Shown here one piece after another: positions 1 through 9,216 of a DNA stretch of 64,000 nucleotides (its first letter is position 1; every line of letters starts with the position of its first letter). Both the position numbers and the translations under genes were made by a program. The notes below the pieces were generated by a model. It searched no databases and was not told where the DNA came from. It was given only the letters and a program-made list of their open reading frames with translations. Origin of the DNA: Corallococcus sp. EGB (GTDB taxonomy: Bacteria; Myxococcota; Myxococcia; Myxococcales; Myxococcaceae); NCBI RefSeq assembly GCF_019968905.1, contig NZ_CP079946.1, positions 5,921,356 through 5,985,355 of the forward strand. Direction: 5' to 3'.

Positions 1-740
1 CCGTTCGCCACGCAGGCGCGAGCGGAGCGCAGGCAGTCCACGACGTAGCCGCCGCCCGTTCCCGGTGCCGGGTCGTCTGGACGGATGTGCGCCTCCAATT
101 CCTCACGCTGGGGAAAGCCTTCCACGTACAGGTCGCGGAAGGTGGCCACGGCTTCGGCCCAGGGATCCGCGGTGCCTTCCAGGATGCGGCGGGCCCAAAG
201 ACAGTACAGCGCGCAACACACCTGGGCGCGCATGTGGCCATGCGTGACGCGCGATTGAGCCATGGCATCCGAGACGAGCGCCGCGTCCTTGCCCTGGTGC
301 CACAGGGCCAATGGCAACACACGCATCAGTGAACCATTGCCATTGTCCATCGTGCCATTGGGGCCCGCGAGCATTGCCGGGGTGCCGTCGCGCAGCCGGC
401 GCAGGGCTGTGCTGGTCTGGATGCCCACGTCGAACACGTCGCCGTCGACGGCGAGGTAGCCCCAGTCCTGCCAGTTCACCAACCGCCGGCCCAGGTCCTC
501 GCAGTCGAGCCGCTTCTGATACGTCAGTGAATCCAGCAGGCACAGCGCATGGGCACCGTCATCCGACCACGTGCCCGGTGGGACACGGTGATGCGCGCGA
601 TCAAACCCAGGCGGCGGGTCGTATTCGATGGCCTCCGGAGGCGGAATCCTCTCCGGCCGGTGGAACTCATAGGGGACGCCCAACGCATCGCCAATGAGCA
701 ACCCATACAACCCTCCCGCAATGCGCTCCTCGCGGTTCAT
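1..740 (-). CDS. ADP-ribosylglycohydrolase family protein (DraG-like). C-terminus runs off the window start, so it is partial
   Basis: Reverse translation from the ATG at 740-738 gives MNREERIAGGLYGLLIGDALGVPYEFHRPERIP...SDDGAHALCLLDSL...NGSLMRVLPLALW, which is the characteristic ADP-ribosylglycohydrolase N-terminal motif and Mg-binding region. A GGAGGGGGAAGG RBS sits just upstream on the minus strand. The ORF track did not list it because it reaches the window edge. Confidence 0.8.
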   Translation of the reverse strand, partial: MNREERIAGGLYGLLIGDALGVPYEFHRPERIPPPEAIEYDPPPGFDRAHHRVPPGTWSDDGAHALCLLDSLTYQKRLDCEDLGRRLVNWQDWGYLAVDGDVFDVGIQTSTALRRLRDGTPAMLAGPNGTMDNGNGSLMRVLPLALWHQGKDAALVSDAMAQSRVTHGHMRAQVCCALYCLWARRILEGTADPWAEAVATFRDLYVEGFPQREELEAHIRPDDPAPGTGGGYVVDCLRSARACVAN

Positions 741-920
741 CCTTCCCCCTCCTCTCGGGTTCATGAAGCAACCATAGTGTACCGATGACACCATCGCTTT
801 GAAAGCGGGGCGCGGGGGCGGTGAGGGGTGCGAGGCCGCTCCGGGAGCGATGCGGTCCAAACCTGTCCGACAGTCGGACAGGTTCGTGCCGTGCGCCATC
901 GCCAGGGAGGTCCCTTGGAC

Positions 921-2468
921 TCAGGGAGGAGGCGGCGCGGGGATGGACCGGGCTGAGGTGGGCTCGCCCAGGATCAACAGCAGCTCCGCGCGGCGGTTCT
1001 CTCCCCGACCGGCCCGCGTTCCGTTAGAGCCCGCCGGCCGGCGCGCACCGAGTCCTCGCGCCTCCAGCCGCTCGGCGGGGACACCCTTTCGCACGAGGTA
1101 GTCACGCACCGCTTCCGCGCGGGCCAGGGACAGGCGCTGGTTGGAGGCGGACGAGCCCTCCACGTCGGTGTGCCCTTCAATGACGACGCGCGCCACTTCC
1201 GGATGCTCGAGCAGCACCCGCGCCACCTGATCCAGGACACGCGAGCGGCCCGGCAGGGTGGTCGCGCCGACCTCGAAGAAGACCTGACCATGGAGGACGA
1301 GCCGCTCGCGTGTCAGTGAGACGAGCGGGTCAGCGGACTCGGGGCAGCCACCATGCTCTCGGGTTCCCTGCTCGTGGATGCAGGCATCCAGTGTGTCCAC
1401 GACGCCGTCCCCATCCGTATCGGTCTCGCTCCAGGCCTCCTCCGCAGACGGCTCGGGCCTGGAGGGTTCGGAAGGTGTGGGCTCAGGTTCGAGCTGGGGT
1501 TCAACAGGGGCGCGTGGCAGCCCCTGGACCAGCTCGTAGACGATGTCCTCGGGGGGAGGAGGCGGCGGTTTGTCGAAGAGCAGCGCCAGTCCCGCGAGCA
1601 CCCGGAAGCGCGGCGTCCCCGGCTCCGAGCCCAGGCCCGCGCCGCCCATGGCGAAGAACTCCCAGGGCCGGACGGGTGCGTAGCGCAGGCCGCCCAGGAG
1701 CTCGCCACTGACGCGCTGCTGTCGCCAGGAATACGCGCCGAGCGCGGACACCTCCGCGCGGAAGGCATAGCCCACGGTCAATCCCGCACCCGCGCGAAGC
1801 TCGTTGCCCACGCCGTTGATGCGCTCCACGGAGGAGTCGGACACCGCGCGACGCAGGAGTACGCCCAGCTCCAGCGCCGGAGCCACCGCCCCCCAACGCT
1901 TGCCCATCATGATCCGCCCCTGGCCGCGGATACCCCGGTCGCGAGCGAGCGCGCCAGAACCACCGACGGGGAGCCGCGCGTCCAGGTCGAGCGCCAGATG
2001 GAAGGCTTCGGGAGCGGAGGTCCCGAGCAGACCCAGCCGGGCCGCGAGCCTCGGCGCGCCCAGTCCGCTGCGTGACGGCGAGGCAATGGACAGCGAGGTG
2101 CTCAGGTCCGCGCCACTCTGATGGATGACACCCGGAAGCTGGGCCTGAAGCTCCAGCCAGGGCAACACACCGACAGCCAACGACACCAGTCCTGTGGTCC
2201 GGGACAGGACCAGCGAGGGCTCCAGCAGTCCGTTCGGGATCCGCAGGGAGGAGTGCTGGTAGTGCGCCATCAAGGAGATGCGCAGGTCCCCGGGCGCCAG
2301 CAGCTCCCCGTTCCCCATCGTCAAGGGACCCAGGCCCGGGTTCGGGTCCAATCGCTCCAGCGAGAACGTGGGCAAGGGCGTGGCGTCCTGGGCACGCGCG
2401 GGGGTGGCAAGTAGCAGCAGCCCCAGCGCGGCTCCGCCCACTGCGCATCGGTGCAAGGCCGGACCCAT
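921..2468 (-). CDS. OmpA-family outer-membrane protein (N-terminal beta-barrel-like region, thrombospondin-type-3 Asp-rich motif, C-terminal OmpA peptidoglycan-binding domain)
   Basis: The 540-aa ORF has an internal start MGPALHRCAVGGAALGLLLLATPARA (signal peptide) with GGAAG 8 nt upstream. The C-terminus TDTDGDGVVDTLDAC...VFFEVGATTL...VVIEGHTDVEGSSASNQRLSLARAEAVRDYL is a classic OmpA_C domain. Confidence 0.85.
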   Translation of the reverse strand: MGPALHRCAVGGAALGLLLLATPARAQDATPLPTFSLERLDPNPGLGPLTMGNGELLAPGDLRISLMAHYQHSSLRIPNGLLEPSLVLSRTTGLVSLAVGVLPWLELQAQLPGVIHQSGADLSTSLSIASPSRSGLGAPRLAARLGLLGTSAPEAFHLALDLDARLPVGGSGALARDRGIRGQGRIMMGKRWGAVAPALELGVLLRRAVSDSSVERINGVGNELRAGAGLTVGYAFRAEVSALGAYSWRQQRVSGELLGGLRYAPVRPWEFFAMGGAGLGSEPGTPRFRVLAGLALLFDKPPPPPPEDIVYELVQGLPRAPVEPQLEPEPTPSEPSRPEPSAEEAWSETDTDGDGVVDTLDACIHEQGTREHGGCPESADPLVSLTRERLVLHGQVFFEVGATTLPGRSRVLDQVARVLLEHPEVARVVIEGHTDVEGSSASNQRLSLARAEAVRDYLVRKGVPAERLEARGLGARRPAGSNGTRAGRGENRRAELLLILGEPTSARSIPAPPPP

Positions 2469-2560
2469 GCGCGCATCTTCCGTCAGGTCCCGTCCGGGGC
2501 GAAGGGGAATGGCGGCTAGACTCGCTCCGCGACGCCCCTGCATCGCCTGGAGACACGCTC

Positions 2561-2875
2561 ATGCAAAAGCAGCTGTCAAAGAGGTCATGTTCCCTGATGG
2601 TTGGCGCGTTGCTGTTCACCGCCTGCGGTCCCGACGCCGCCCAGGAGGTATCGCCAACGGATCAGGCCTCGGCGTCGAGTCGCCCGGTGCGCGCCATGGC
2701 TCCGCCGAACAGCTGTGATGAAAGCGTGGATGTCGGCTGGTGTCGCGTCTACAGCGACCGTGTGCCCTGCAATAACGGCATCGAGATGTATGCCATCTGG
2801 ACGCCGGATGGCTGGTGCATCCAGCGCGACGTCTGCAAGTACAGCCAGGGCCCCGAACTCATCTGCCCTCAGTAA
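2561..2875 (+). CDS. small Cys-rich lipoprotein (paralog A, 104 aa)
   Basis: Signal peptide plus lipobox LLFTAC. The mature part has 6 Cys: ...AMAPPNSCDESVDVGWCRVYSDRVPCNNGIEMYAIWTPDGWCIQRDVCKYSQGPELICPQ. Confidence 0.65.
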   Translation: MQKQLSKRSCSLMVGALLFTACGPDAAQEVSPTDQASASSRPVRAMAPPNSCDESVDVGWCRVYSDRVPCNNGIEMYAIWTPDGWCIQRDVCKYSQGPELICPQ

Positions 2876-2937
2876 CCCCGACCCGGAATTCCAGGCTAGA
2901 CTGTACCCGCGGTCCCCATCCCGTCGCGGAGACAGCC

Positions 2938-3240
2938 ATGCAATGGAAGACATTAGCGAAGTCAGTGGGCCGGGCGTTCGGTTCCGCCCTGCTGCTTGTC
3001 GCTTGCGGACCTGAAGCAGCGCAGGAGACTCAGGCCTCGCAGTCAGACAGCCGGGTGCACGCCATGGCACCACCAACCAGCTGTGACCCGGACATCGACA
3101 TCGGTTGGTGCCGGGTTCCCACCGGAAGTGTCCGCTGCGCCGACGGCTTCAACATGTATGCCTATTCGACGCCAGACGGTTGGTGTATCCGCTACGACGC
3201 TTGCAAGAGTCACGGCGGCCCCTACGTCTGCGGTCTGTAA
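2938..3240 (+). CDS. small Cys-rich lipoprotein (paralog B, 100 aa)
   Basis: The ATG at 2938 has a GGAGA RBS. Lipobox LLLVAC. The sequence AMAPPTSCDPDIDIGWCRVPTGSVRCADGFNMYAYSTPDGWCIRYDACKSHGGPYVCGL aligns residue-by-residue with paralog A, including all 6 Cys. Confidence 0.65.
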   Translation: MQWKTLAKSVGRAFGSALLLVACGPEAAQETQASQSDSRVHAMAPPTSCDPDIDIGWCRVPTGSVRCADGFNMYAYSTPDGWCIRYDACKSHGGPYVCGL

Positions 3241-3479
3241 GCGAAGTTGCCTCACCGCCCTGCTTCGTATCGGCAGGGCGGTCCAACCATCCAAGTGCTC
3301 CCGCGAGCCGCCAGCTGACTGAAGACACCTCAGCACATTCGCGAGAGCCCCCTGCCAGGCTCGAAGGAAGCGCCCTCGTTCCACTCCGATCCGGCCTCGT
3401 CCCGTCTGGCAACCCGCAGCACCAACGACGCTCACCTGAGCAGGCCGGACTTCCTGGAAGCACGTCAAACACCCTCACC

Positions 3480-3956
3480 TCACTCCTTGGCCCCCAGGGA
3501 CTCGCGTAGGGAATGGATAAAGCTGGAGAAGTCAGGGGCAAGGATGAGGACGCTCCTGTCCTCGTCCACGTAGACGACACGCGGCTCACCGTGTGGGCCA
3601 CATTCGCTGTAGTCGAGCATCACGGTGTCGTGCCCTGCAGAAGGCGTGTGGCAGATCACCAGTCCAATGTCCGGGTATCCCCATTCCTGGACCATGTACG
3701 CACTGCCCAGTTCGCCATCGAGGCCATCCTCAAAGCCAATTCCCAGCAGGGTCGAGATCTCGATGTGATCGGGCGCCCAGGATGTCGGTGCGGTCGTACG
3801 AATGCAGCGTCGGACAGGAACGCCGCCATTGCGCTCACGCAGGATGGCCACGTACGCCGGAGGCAGGCGACGTTGAAGCGTTGCCTCCGCGCGAGCCACC
3901 ATCGCGTCGGTGAGTGGCGGTCCCGACCCAACTGGCTCGGCGATGAAGAAACCCAT
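3480..3956 (-). CDS. SMI1/KNR4 (SUKH-1) family protein, the immunity-protein-type fold of polymorphic toxin systems
   Basis: MGFFIAEPVGSGPPLTDAMVARAEATLQRRLPPAYVAILRERNGG... is the typical SMI1/KNR4 N-terminal signature. CCAGGAGGTG RBS 7 nt upstream of the ATG at 3956. An alternative upstream start at 3992 is possible. Confidence 0.7.
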   Translation of the reverse strand: MGFFIAEPVGSGPPLTDAMVARAEATLQRRLPPAYVAILRERNGGVPVRRCIRTTAPTSWAPDHIEISTLLGIGFEDGLDGELGSAYMVQEWGYPDIGLVICHTPSAGHDTVMLDYSECGPHGEPRVVYVDEDRSVLILAPDFSSFIHSLRESLGAKE

Positions 3957-4119
3957 GAGCACCTCCTGGATGAGAGCTGAAGGCACCCGCATAGCAGTCG
4001 CCTTCTACAATGAATTTGGATGCGACCGCGCATCCATCACGAATGACATTCGGGTGTCACATCCACGTGAGGCTCTATTCCTTGGCTCGCTGAAGCGCCA
4101 GGTGCTATCCGGCGCGCGC

Positions 4120-4446
4120 ATGCGAAGCCCCCTGCTCTGCATCTCAGCCCTCGCATTGCTTGGCCCCGCGTGCGCCACCACTTTTCCCACTGTCGAGCGC
4201 AATGGCTTCCAACTCGGAGCCTCCACCTGGGGAAGCGACGAGCGAGCCATCCGTTCGCAGGCCTCATTCACCACGAGCTGCCCCTCGGAGCAGCTTGAGC
4301 TCCAGGTCCTGTCCGTGGCGGGAAACCCGAAGTCTCCCAGCGACGCACGCGGTGTCGGCGTGACGGGCTGCGGCCGGAAGACGAGCTGGGTCCGGCTCGC
4401 GAACGGCGCCTGGGTCATCAACAGCGACGGAACCAGCGCACCATAG
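4120..4446 (+). CDS. small secreted hypothetical protein (108 aa, 4 Cys)
   Basis: MRSPLLCISALALLGPACATT has a signal-peptide-like N-terminus. No recognisable domain. The codon pattern is acceptable. Confidence 0.4.
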   Translation: MRSPLLCISALALLGPACATTFPTVERNGFQLGASTWGSDERAIRSQASFTTSCPSEQLELQVLSVAGNPKSPSDARGVGVTGCGRKTSWVRLANGAWVINSDGTSAP

Positions 4447-4564
4447 CAAGCGTGGTGGGCTCCGCATCCGTAAGCCCACCCCACCGATGGCAATGGACCG
4501 CGAGAGTTCTCGCGGTCTGCCGACGCTCCATCCCGGACGCCTGCATCCGGGGCTTGGACCGCGG

Positions 4565-5416
4565 TTACTTCCCCGCGCGCTGAGCCGCCTCCAGCGTGTT
4601 CTTCATCAGCATCGCAATCGTCATCGGGCCCACGCCACCCGGCACCGGCGTGATGAACGAAGCGCGCTCCGCCGCGGCGGCGAACTCCACATCGCCGACC
4701 AGCTTCCCATCGGCCTTGCGGTTCATGCCCACGTCGATCACCACCGCGCCGGGCTTGATCCACGCGCCCTTCACCAGCTCCGGAACGCCCACCGCCACCA
4801 CCAGGATGTCCGCCTGCGCCACCTCCGACGGCAGGTCGCTCTTGCGGTGGCACACCGTCACCGTCGCGTCCTTCTGCAAGAGCATCAGCGCCTGCGGCTT
4901 GCCCACGATGTTGCTGCGGCCCACCACCACCGCGCGCTTGCCCGCCGGATTGCACCCCACCTCTTCCAACAGCCGCATCACGCCGTAGGGCGTGCACGCC
5001 CGCGTCGCCGGGCGGCCCAACAGCAGGTTGCCCGCGTTCATCGGGTGGAAGCCGTCCGCGTCCTTCTCCGGCTTCACCGCCGCGATGATGGCGTCCGCGT
5101 CGATGTGCTTGGGCAACGGCAGCTGCACCAGGATGCCGTGCACCGCCGGGTCCTCGTTCAGCCGGTGCACCAGCGCCAACAGCTCCGCCTGGGTGATGTT
5201 CTCGTCCGGGTGGTGCTCCCAGGAGTTGAAGCCCACCTCCTCGGCGGCCTTCTTCTTCCCCGTCACATAGATCTTGGACGCCGGGTCCTCCCCTACGCGC
5301 ACCACGGCGAGCCCCGGGGTGATGCCGCGCTCCGCCTTCAGGCGCGCCACCTCCTCCTTGATCTCCGCCCGTACGCGCGCCGCCACTGCCTTGCCGTCAA
5401 TCAACTGAGCCGTCAT
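4565..5416 (-). CDS. folD: bifunctional methylenetetrahydrofolate dehydrogenase / methenyl-THF cyclohydrolase
   Basis: [23 protein letters not shown]...[10 protein letters not shown]...[12 protein letters not shown]...VTVCH...[10 protein letters not shown] is a canonical FolD sequence. The ATG at 5416-5414 was confirmed in sequence. Confidence 0.93.
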   Translation of the reverse strand: MTAQLIDGKAVAARVRAEIKEEVARLKAERGITPGLAVVRVGEDPASKIYVTGKKKAAEEVGFNSWEHHPDENITQAELLALVHRLNEDPAVHGILVQLPLPKHIDADAIIAAVKPEKDADGFHPMNAGNLLLGRPATRACTPYGVMRLLEEVGCNPAGKRAVVVGRSNIVGKPQALMLLQKDATVTVCHRKSDLPSEVAQADILVVAVGVPELVKGAWIKPGAVVIDVGMNRKADGKLVGDVEFAAAAERASFITPVPGGVGPMTIAMLMKNTLEAAQRAGK

Positions 5417-5467
5417 GAGCCCCACCTTATGCAAGACTGGCCCGGCACAAGGGAGTGAACCGAAGGC

Positions 5468-6304
5468 ATGGGCGCGGGAAAAGTTCTCGGGGCGATGTTG
5501 GGTCTCATGGCCGGCCTCCTCCTCGGCGGGCCCTGGGCCATCGTGCTCGGCCTCATCGTGGGCACGGCCCTGGGGCACTACTTCGACGAACAGCACGCCA
5601 CGCCTCCGGACTTCCCGGAGTTGTTCAGCGACTTCCCCGCCACCTTCGAGCCTCCGCCCAAGCAGGCCCCCCTCTCCCAGGGCCCCGGCGAGTTCCCCAT
5701 CGTCCAGGCCCCCGATGAAGACCCGCTCGACCGGGACATCACAGCCCTCTTCGTGGACGTGGCCCGCGCCGACGGAGAGATGCGCCGCGAGGAGGTCCGA
5801 GAGGTCCGCCACTTCTTCGAGCAGGTCCTCCACGCCGACACCCACACCGTCCAGGCCGTGCGCCGTCACCTCAAGGACTTCCTCTCCCACCCCACCACCC
5901 TGGACGCCCCCGCCGCCCTCGCCTCCTGCCGGGACTCCCTGCCTTCGGGCGAACGGCTCCGCCTGTTGGACTCGCTCTATGAGATGGCCCTCGCGGACGG
6001 TCCCCTCCAGCGCTCGGAACGCGAGGCCCTGAAGCGCATGGCCGTGGGCCTGGACGTCCCGGACGCCAAGGCCCAGGCCCTGGCCGAACAACACCTGGGC
6101 GACGCCACCGCCCACTACGAGACGCTGGGCCTGCCTCCGGAGGCCACCGACGCGGAGGTGAAGAGCGCCTACCGCAAGCTCGCGGCCCGGTACCACCCGG
6201 ACAAGGCCAGCCACCTGGGCCCCCGGGCCGCCGAGCAGGCCGCCCGTCAGTTCCAGGCCGTGCGTGACGCCTACGAGGAAATCCGCAGGCTGCGCGGCCT
6301 GTAG
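5468..6304 (+). CDS. djlA: DjlA-like co-chaperone (N-terminal TM, TerB-like middle, C-terminal J domain)
   Basis: N-terminal hydrophobic segment [28 protein letters not shown]-terminal J domain [31 protein letters not shown]. Confidence 0.75.
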   Translation: MGAGKVLGAMLGLMAGLLLGGPWAIVLGLIVGTALGHYFDEQHATPPDFPELFSDFPATFEPPPKQAPLSQGPGEFPIVQAPDEDPLDRDITALFVDVARADGEMRREEVREVRHFFEQVLHADTHTVQAVRRHLKDFLSHPTTLDAPAALASCRDSLPSGERLRLLDSLYEMALADGPLQRSEREALKRMAVGLDVPDAKAQALAEQHLGDATAHYETLGLPPEATDAEVKSAYRKLAARYHPDKASHLGPRAAEQAARQFQAVRDAYEEIRRLRGL

Positions 6305-6328
6305 CCCGCGTTAGAAGACAGGAATCCC

Positions 6329-7036
6329 ATGAGCCAGCGTCCCCCGAAGAAGAAGGAAGCGGAGTTCCAGAACAACCCGTTCAAGTCCGCCATCAAGACG
6401 CTTCAGGATCAGCAGAAGCAGGAGAAGGAGGCCGCTGCCGCCGCCGAGGCCGCGAAGAAGAAGGCCGCCGCCGCGCCGAAGCTCGCGAAGGCCCCCAAGG
6501 CCCGCCCGGAAGACGACGACGTGGGCCTCTTCTTCGCCGCCATGGACGGCGTGAAGCAGGTGACGAACCGCGGCCAGGCCCCGCAGGTCAACCCGCGCCT
6601 GCCGGAGATCATCGACGACAACGCGGAGGCGCTCGCGCAGCTGTCCGACCTGGTCGCCGTGGACGGCCCGCTGTCCTTCACCGGCTCCGACGAGTCCTTC
6701 GAGGGCGCCTCCCCCGGAGTGGATCCCAACCTGCTGCGTTCACTGCGCCGGGGCGACTTCTCCGTGCAGGACCGGTTGGACCTCCACGGCAAGACGCAGC
6801 GCGAGGCCCAGGCCGCCGTGGAGCGCTTCCTGTCCGACAGCCGCCGCGCCAAGCGCCGCTGCGTGCTCATCGTCCACGGGCGCGGTTTGAATTCCAAGGA
6901 TCAGATCCCGGTGCTCAAGGACGCGGTGAGGGATCTGCTGTCGCAGAAGCGGCTGGAGCGCATGGTGCTGGCGTTCTGCACTGCCCGTCCGCAGGACGGC
7001 GGAGCCGGCGCGGTCTACGTCCTGCTGCGCCGATAG
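6329..7036 (+). CDS. Smr-domain protein with a Lys/Ala-rich disordered N-terminus
   Basis: C-terminal DLHGKTQREAQAAVERFLSDSRRAKRRCVLIVHGRGLNS is the Smr domain. The N-terminus KKKEAEFQ...AAKKKAAAAPKLAKAPKARPEDDD is low complexity. Confidence 0.75.
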   Translation: MSQRPPKKKEAEFQNNPFKSAIKTLQDQQKQEKEAAAAAEAAKKKAAAAPKLAKAPKARPEDDDVGLFFAAMDGVKQVTNRGQAPQVNPRLPEIIDDNAEALAQLSDLVAVDGPLSFTGSDESFEGASPGVDPNLLRSLRRGDFSVQDRLDLHGKTQREAQAAVERFLSDSRRAKRRCVLIVHGRGLNSKDQIPVLKDAVRDLLSQKRLERMVLAFCTARPQDGGAGAVYVLLRR

Positions 7037-7072
7037 CTTTACGCGTGGCCGTGGCTGTGCATACATGCCGCC

Positions 7073-8065
7073 ATGGTTCGCGACCTCATTGACCTCCACA
7101 TCCACGTGGGTGGCGCGGTGGCCCCGCACATCCTGTGGTCCATCGCCCACCAGCAGGGCTTCAAGCTCCCCGTCAAGAACTACTTCGACTTCGTCGAGCT
7201 CATCACCTCCCGCCCGGGCAAGGTGGGCAGCCTCGACGACTACCTGAAGATCCTCCACACCTGGACGGAGAAGATCCAATCCTCTCCCAGCGCCATCGAG
7301 CGCTCCGTCTACGAGGTGATTGGCAAGGAGTACCGGGGCAGCCGCGTCACGCAGATCGAGCTGCGCTTCAACCCCATGAAGCGCAACCTCTCCAGCGAGC
7401 TGGACCTGGACCACATCATCCACGCGGCGCTGCGGGGCATGGACCGGGCGGTGCTGGAGTACGGCGTGAAGGTGGGCCTCATCTTCTGCCTGGCCCGCGA
7501 GTTCGACCACAAGCTCAACAGCATCATCGTGGAGAAGGCCATCAAGTACCGCTCGCGCGGCGTGTACGGCATCGACCTGGCCGGCACCGAGCGCGACGCG
7601 ATGGAGCACAAGCCTTCCCTCGCGGAGTATGAGGACCTCTACGCCCGCGCCCGCAAGGCGGGCCTCAAGTGCACCGTGCACACCGGCGAGACGGCCGGCA
7701 CGGGCGCCAACGGCCTGATGGCGGTGGTGGAGAAGCTCAAGCCGAACCGCATCGGCCACGGCATCCGCGCGGCGTACGACGAGTCCGCGATGAAGGTGCT
7801 GCGTGAGAACAACATCACGCTGGAGCTGTGCCCCACGTCCAACATCCACACCAAGGCCGTGGAGGACCTGCAGGAGCTCAAGCACATCATGCAGACCTTC
7901 TGGGACCGCAAGGTGAAGTTCACCATCAACACGGACGGCCCCTACCTGCTGGAGACGGACATGCGGCGGGAGATTGAAATCGTCGAGTCCAATGGCCTGC
8001 TCACGACGGAGCAGGTGGACCAGGCGCTCGCGTGGGCGCGCGAGGCGTCCTTCATCCCGGGCTGA
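7073..8065 (+). CDS. adenosine deaminase family protein
   Basis: LIDLHIHVGGAV...GIDLAGTE...CTVHTGE...ELCPTSN...INTDGP are the metal-binding and catalytic motifs of the adenosine/AMP deaminase family. Confidence 0.85.
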   Translation: MVRDLIDLHIHVGGAVAPHILWSIAHQQGFKLPVKNYFDFVELITSRPGKVGSLDDYLKILHTWTEKIQSSPSAIERSVYEVIGKEYRGSRVTQIELRFNPMKRNLSSELDLDHIIHAALRGMDRAVLEYGVKVGLIFCLAREFDHKLNSIIVEKAIKYRSRGVYGIDLAGTERDAMEHKPSLAEYEDLYARARKAGLKCTVHTGETAGTGANGLMAVVEKLKPNRIGHGIRAAYDESAMKVLRENNITLELCPTSNIHTKAVEDLQELKHIMQTFWDRKVKFTINTDGPYLLETDMRREIEIVESNGLLTTEQVDQALAWAREASFIPG

Positions 8066-8068
8066 GCC

Positions 8069-9145
8069 ATGTACGGCCTGACTCGCGCACTGCTCTTCAC
8101 GCTGCCCCCGGAGCCCGCGCACCGGCTGGGCATGACGGGGCTCGCGGCCCTGGGGACGTGGAACGCCCGCTGCCGCGCCATGCGCGAGCACACGCTGCGC
8201 CGCGCCCCCATGGACCTGTCCGTGGAGCTGGCGGGGCTGAAGTTCGCCCACCCGGTGGCGCTCGCCGCCGGGTTGGACAAGGACGCGGAGGCCGTGGACG
8301 GGCTGTTCGCCTGCGGCTTCTCCGCCGTGGAGATTGGCACCGTCACGCCCAAGCCCCAGCCGGGAAACCCGAAGCCACGCCTGTTCCGCCTGCCGGAGCA
8401 CCGCGCGGTCATCAACCGCATGGGCTTCAACAACCACGGCGCGGCCACCGCGGCGGAGCGCCTCAAGGCCCGCACGTGGAAGCCCGGCCCGCTGGGCGTG
8501 AACATCGGCAAGAACAAGGACACGCCGCTGGAGCGCGCGGTGGATGACTACGTGGCCTGCGTGGACGCGCTCGCGCCGCTGGGCGACTACGTCGTCGTCA
8601 ACGCGTCCTCGCCCAACACGCCGGGCCTGCGCAAGCTGCAGGAGCCGGAGCAGCTGTCCGCGCTGCTACTCGCGGTGCGCGAGCGGATGGAGGCGGTAGC
8701 CAAGGGTACGCCGCTGTTCCTGAAGATCGCCCCGGACCTCACGCCGGAGGCCGTGGACGAGGTGGTGGACGTGGCGATGGCGCGCGGGCTGTCCGGGCTC
8801 ATCGCCACCAACACCACGCTCACCCGCCCCGTGGAGCACGTGCACGCGAAGGAGGCCGGCGGCCTGTCCGGCGCTCCCGTGCGCGAGCTGTCCAACGCCG
8901 TCATCCGCCGCGCATATCAGCGCAGCCGGGGCGCCCTGCCCCTCATCGGCGTGGGCGGCGTGTTCACCGCGCAGGACGTCTACGAGAAGCTGCGCGCGGG
9001 CGCGACCGTGGTGCAGGTGTATACGGGCTTCATCTACGAGGGCCCGGGCATGGTGGACCGCATCCTCCCGGAGCTGGGCGCCCTGCTGACCCGCGACGGC
9101 TTCGCGTCCGTGCGCAACGTGATCGGCGTGGACGCGGCCGCGTAG
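8069..9145 (+). CDS. pyrD: dihydroorotate dehydrogenase (quinone), class 2
   Basis: 358 aa. Contains LLFTLPPEPAHRL...GFSAVEIGTVTP...NIGKNKDTP...VNASSPNTPGLR...GLIATNTT...GVGGVFTAQD. Confidence 0.93.
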   Translation: MYGLTRALLFTLPPEPAHRLGMTGLAALGTWNARCRAMREHTLRRAPMDLSVELAGLKFAHPVALAAGLDKDAEAVDGLFACGFSAVEIGTVTPKPQPGNPKPRLFRLPEHRAVINRMGFNNHGAATAAERLKARTWKPGPLGVNIGKNKDTPLERAVDDYVACVDALAPLGDYVVVNASSPNTPGLRKLQEPEQLSALLLAVRERMEAVAKGTPLFLKIAPDLTPEAVDEVVDVAMARGLSGLIATNTTLTRPVEHVHAKEAGGLSGAPVRELSNAVIRRAYQRSRGALPLIGVGGVFTAQDVYEKLRAGATVVQVYTGFIYEGPGMVDRILPELGALLTRDGFASVRNVIGVDAAA

Positions 9146-9216
9146 TCGCTCACGCACGAGCCCGTTTTGCGGGGCTTGCTTGCTCTTCCACCTGCTGTCC
9201 GTGCCAGACTGGCTGG

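Noticed and set aside
4005-4997. 330-aa ORF (minus strand) spanning the folD 3' region, rich in G/R/A runs
   Set aside because: Low-complexity composition typical of GC-driven spurious ORFs. It is antisense or overlapping to the well-supported folD and to the small secreted gene
6740-8437. 565-aa minus-strand ORF antisense to the adenosine deaminase and pyrD genes
   Set aside because: The sense-strand products have clear enzyme signatures. The antisense translation is Arg/His/Gly/Leu-rich nonsense
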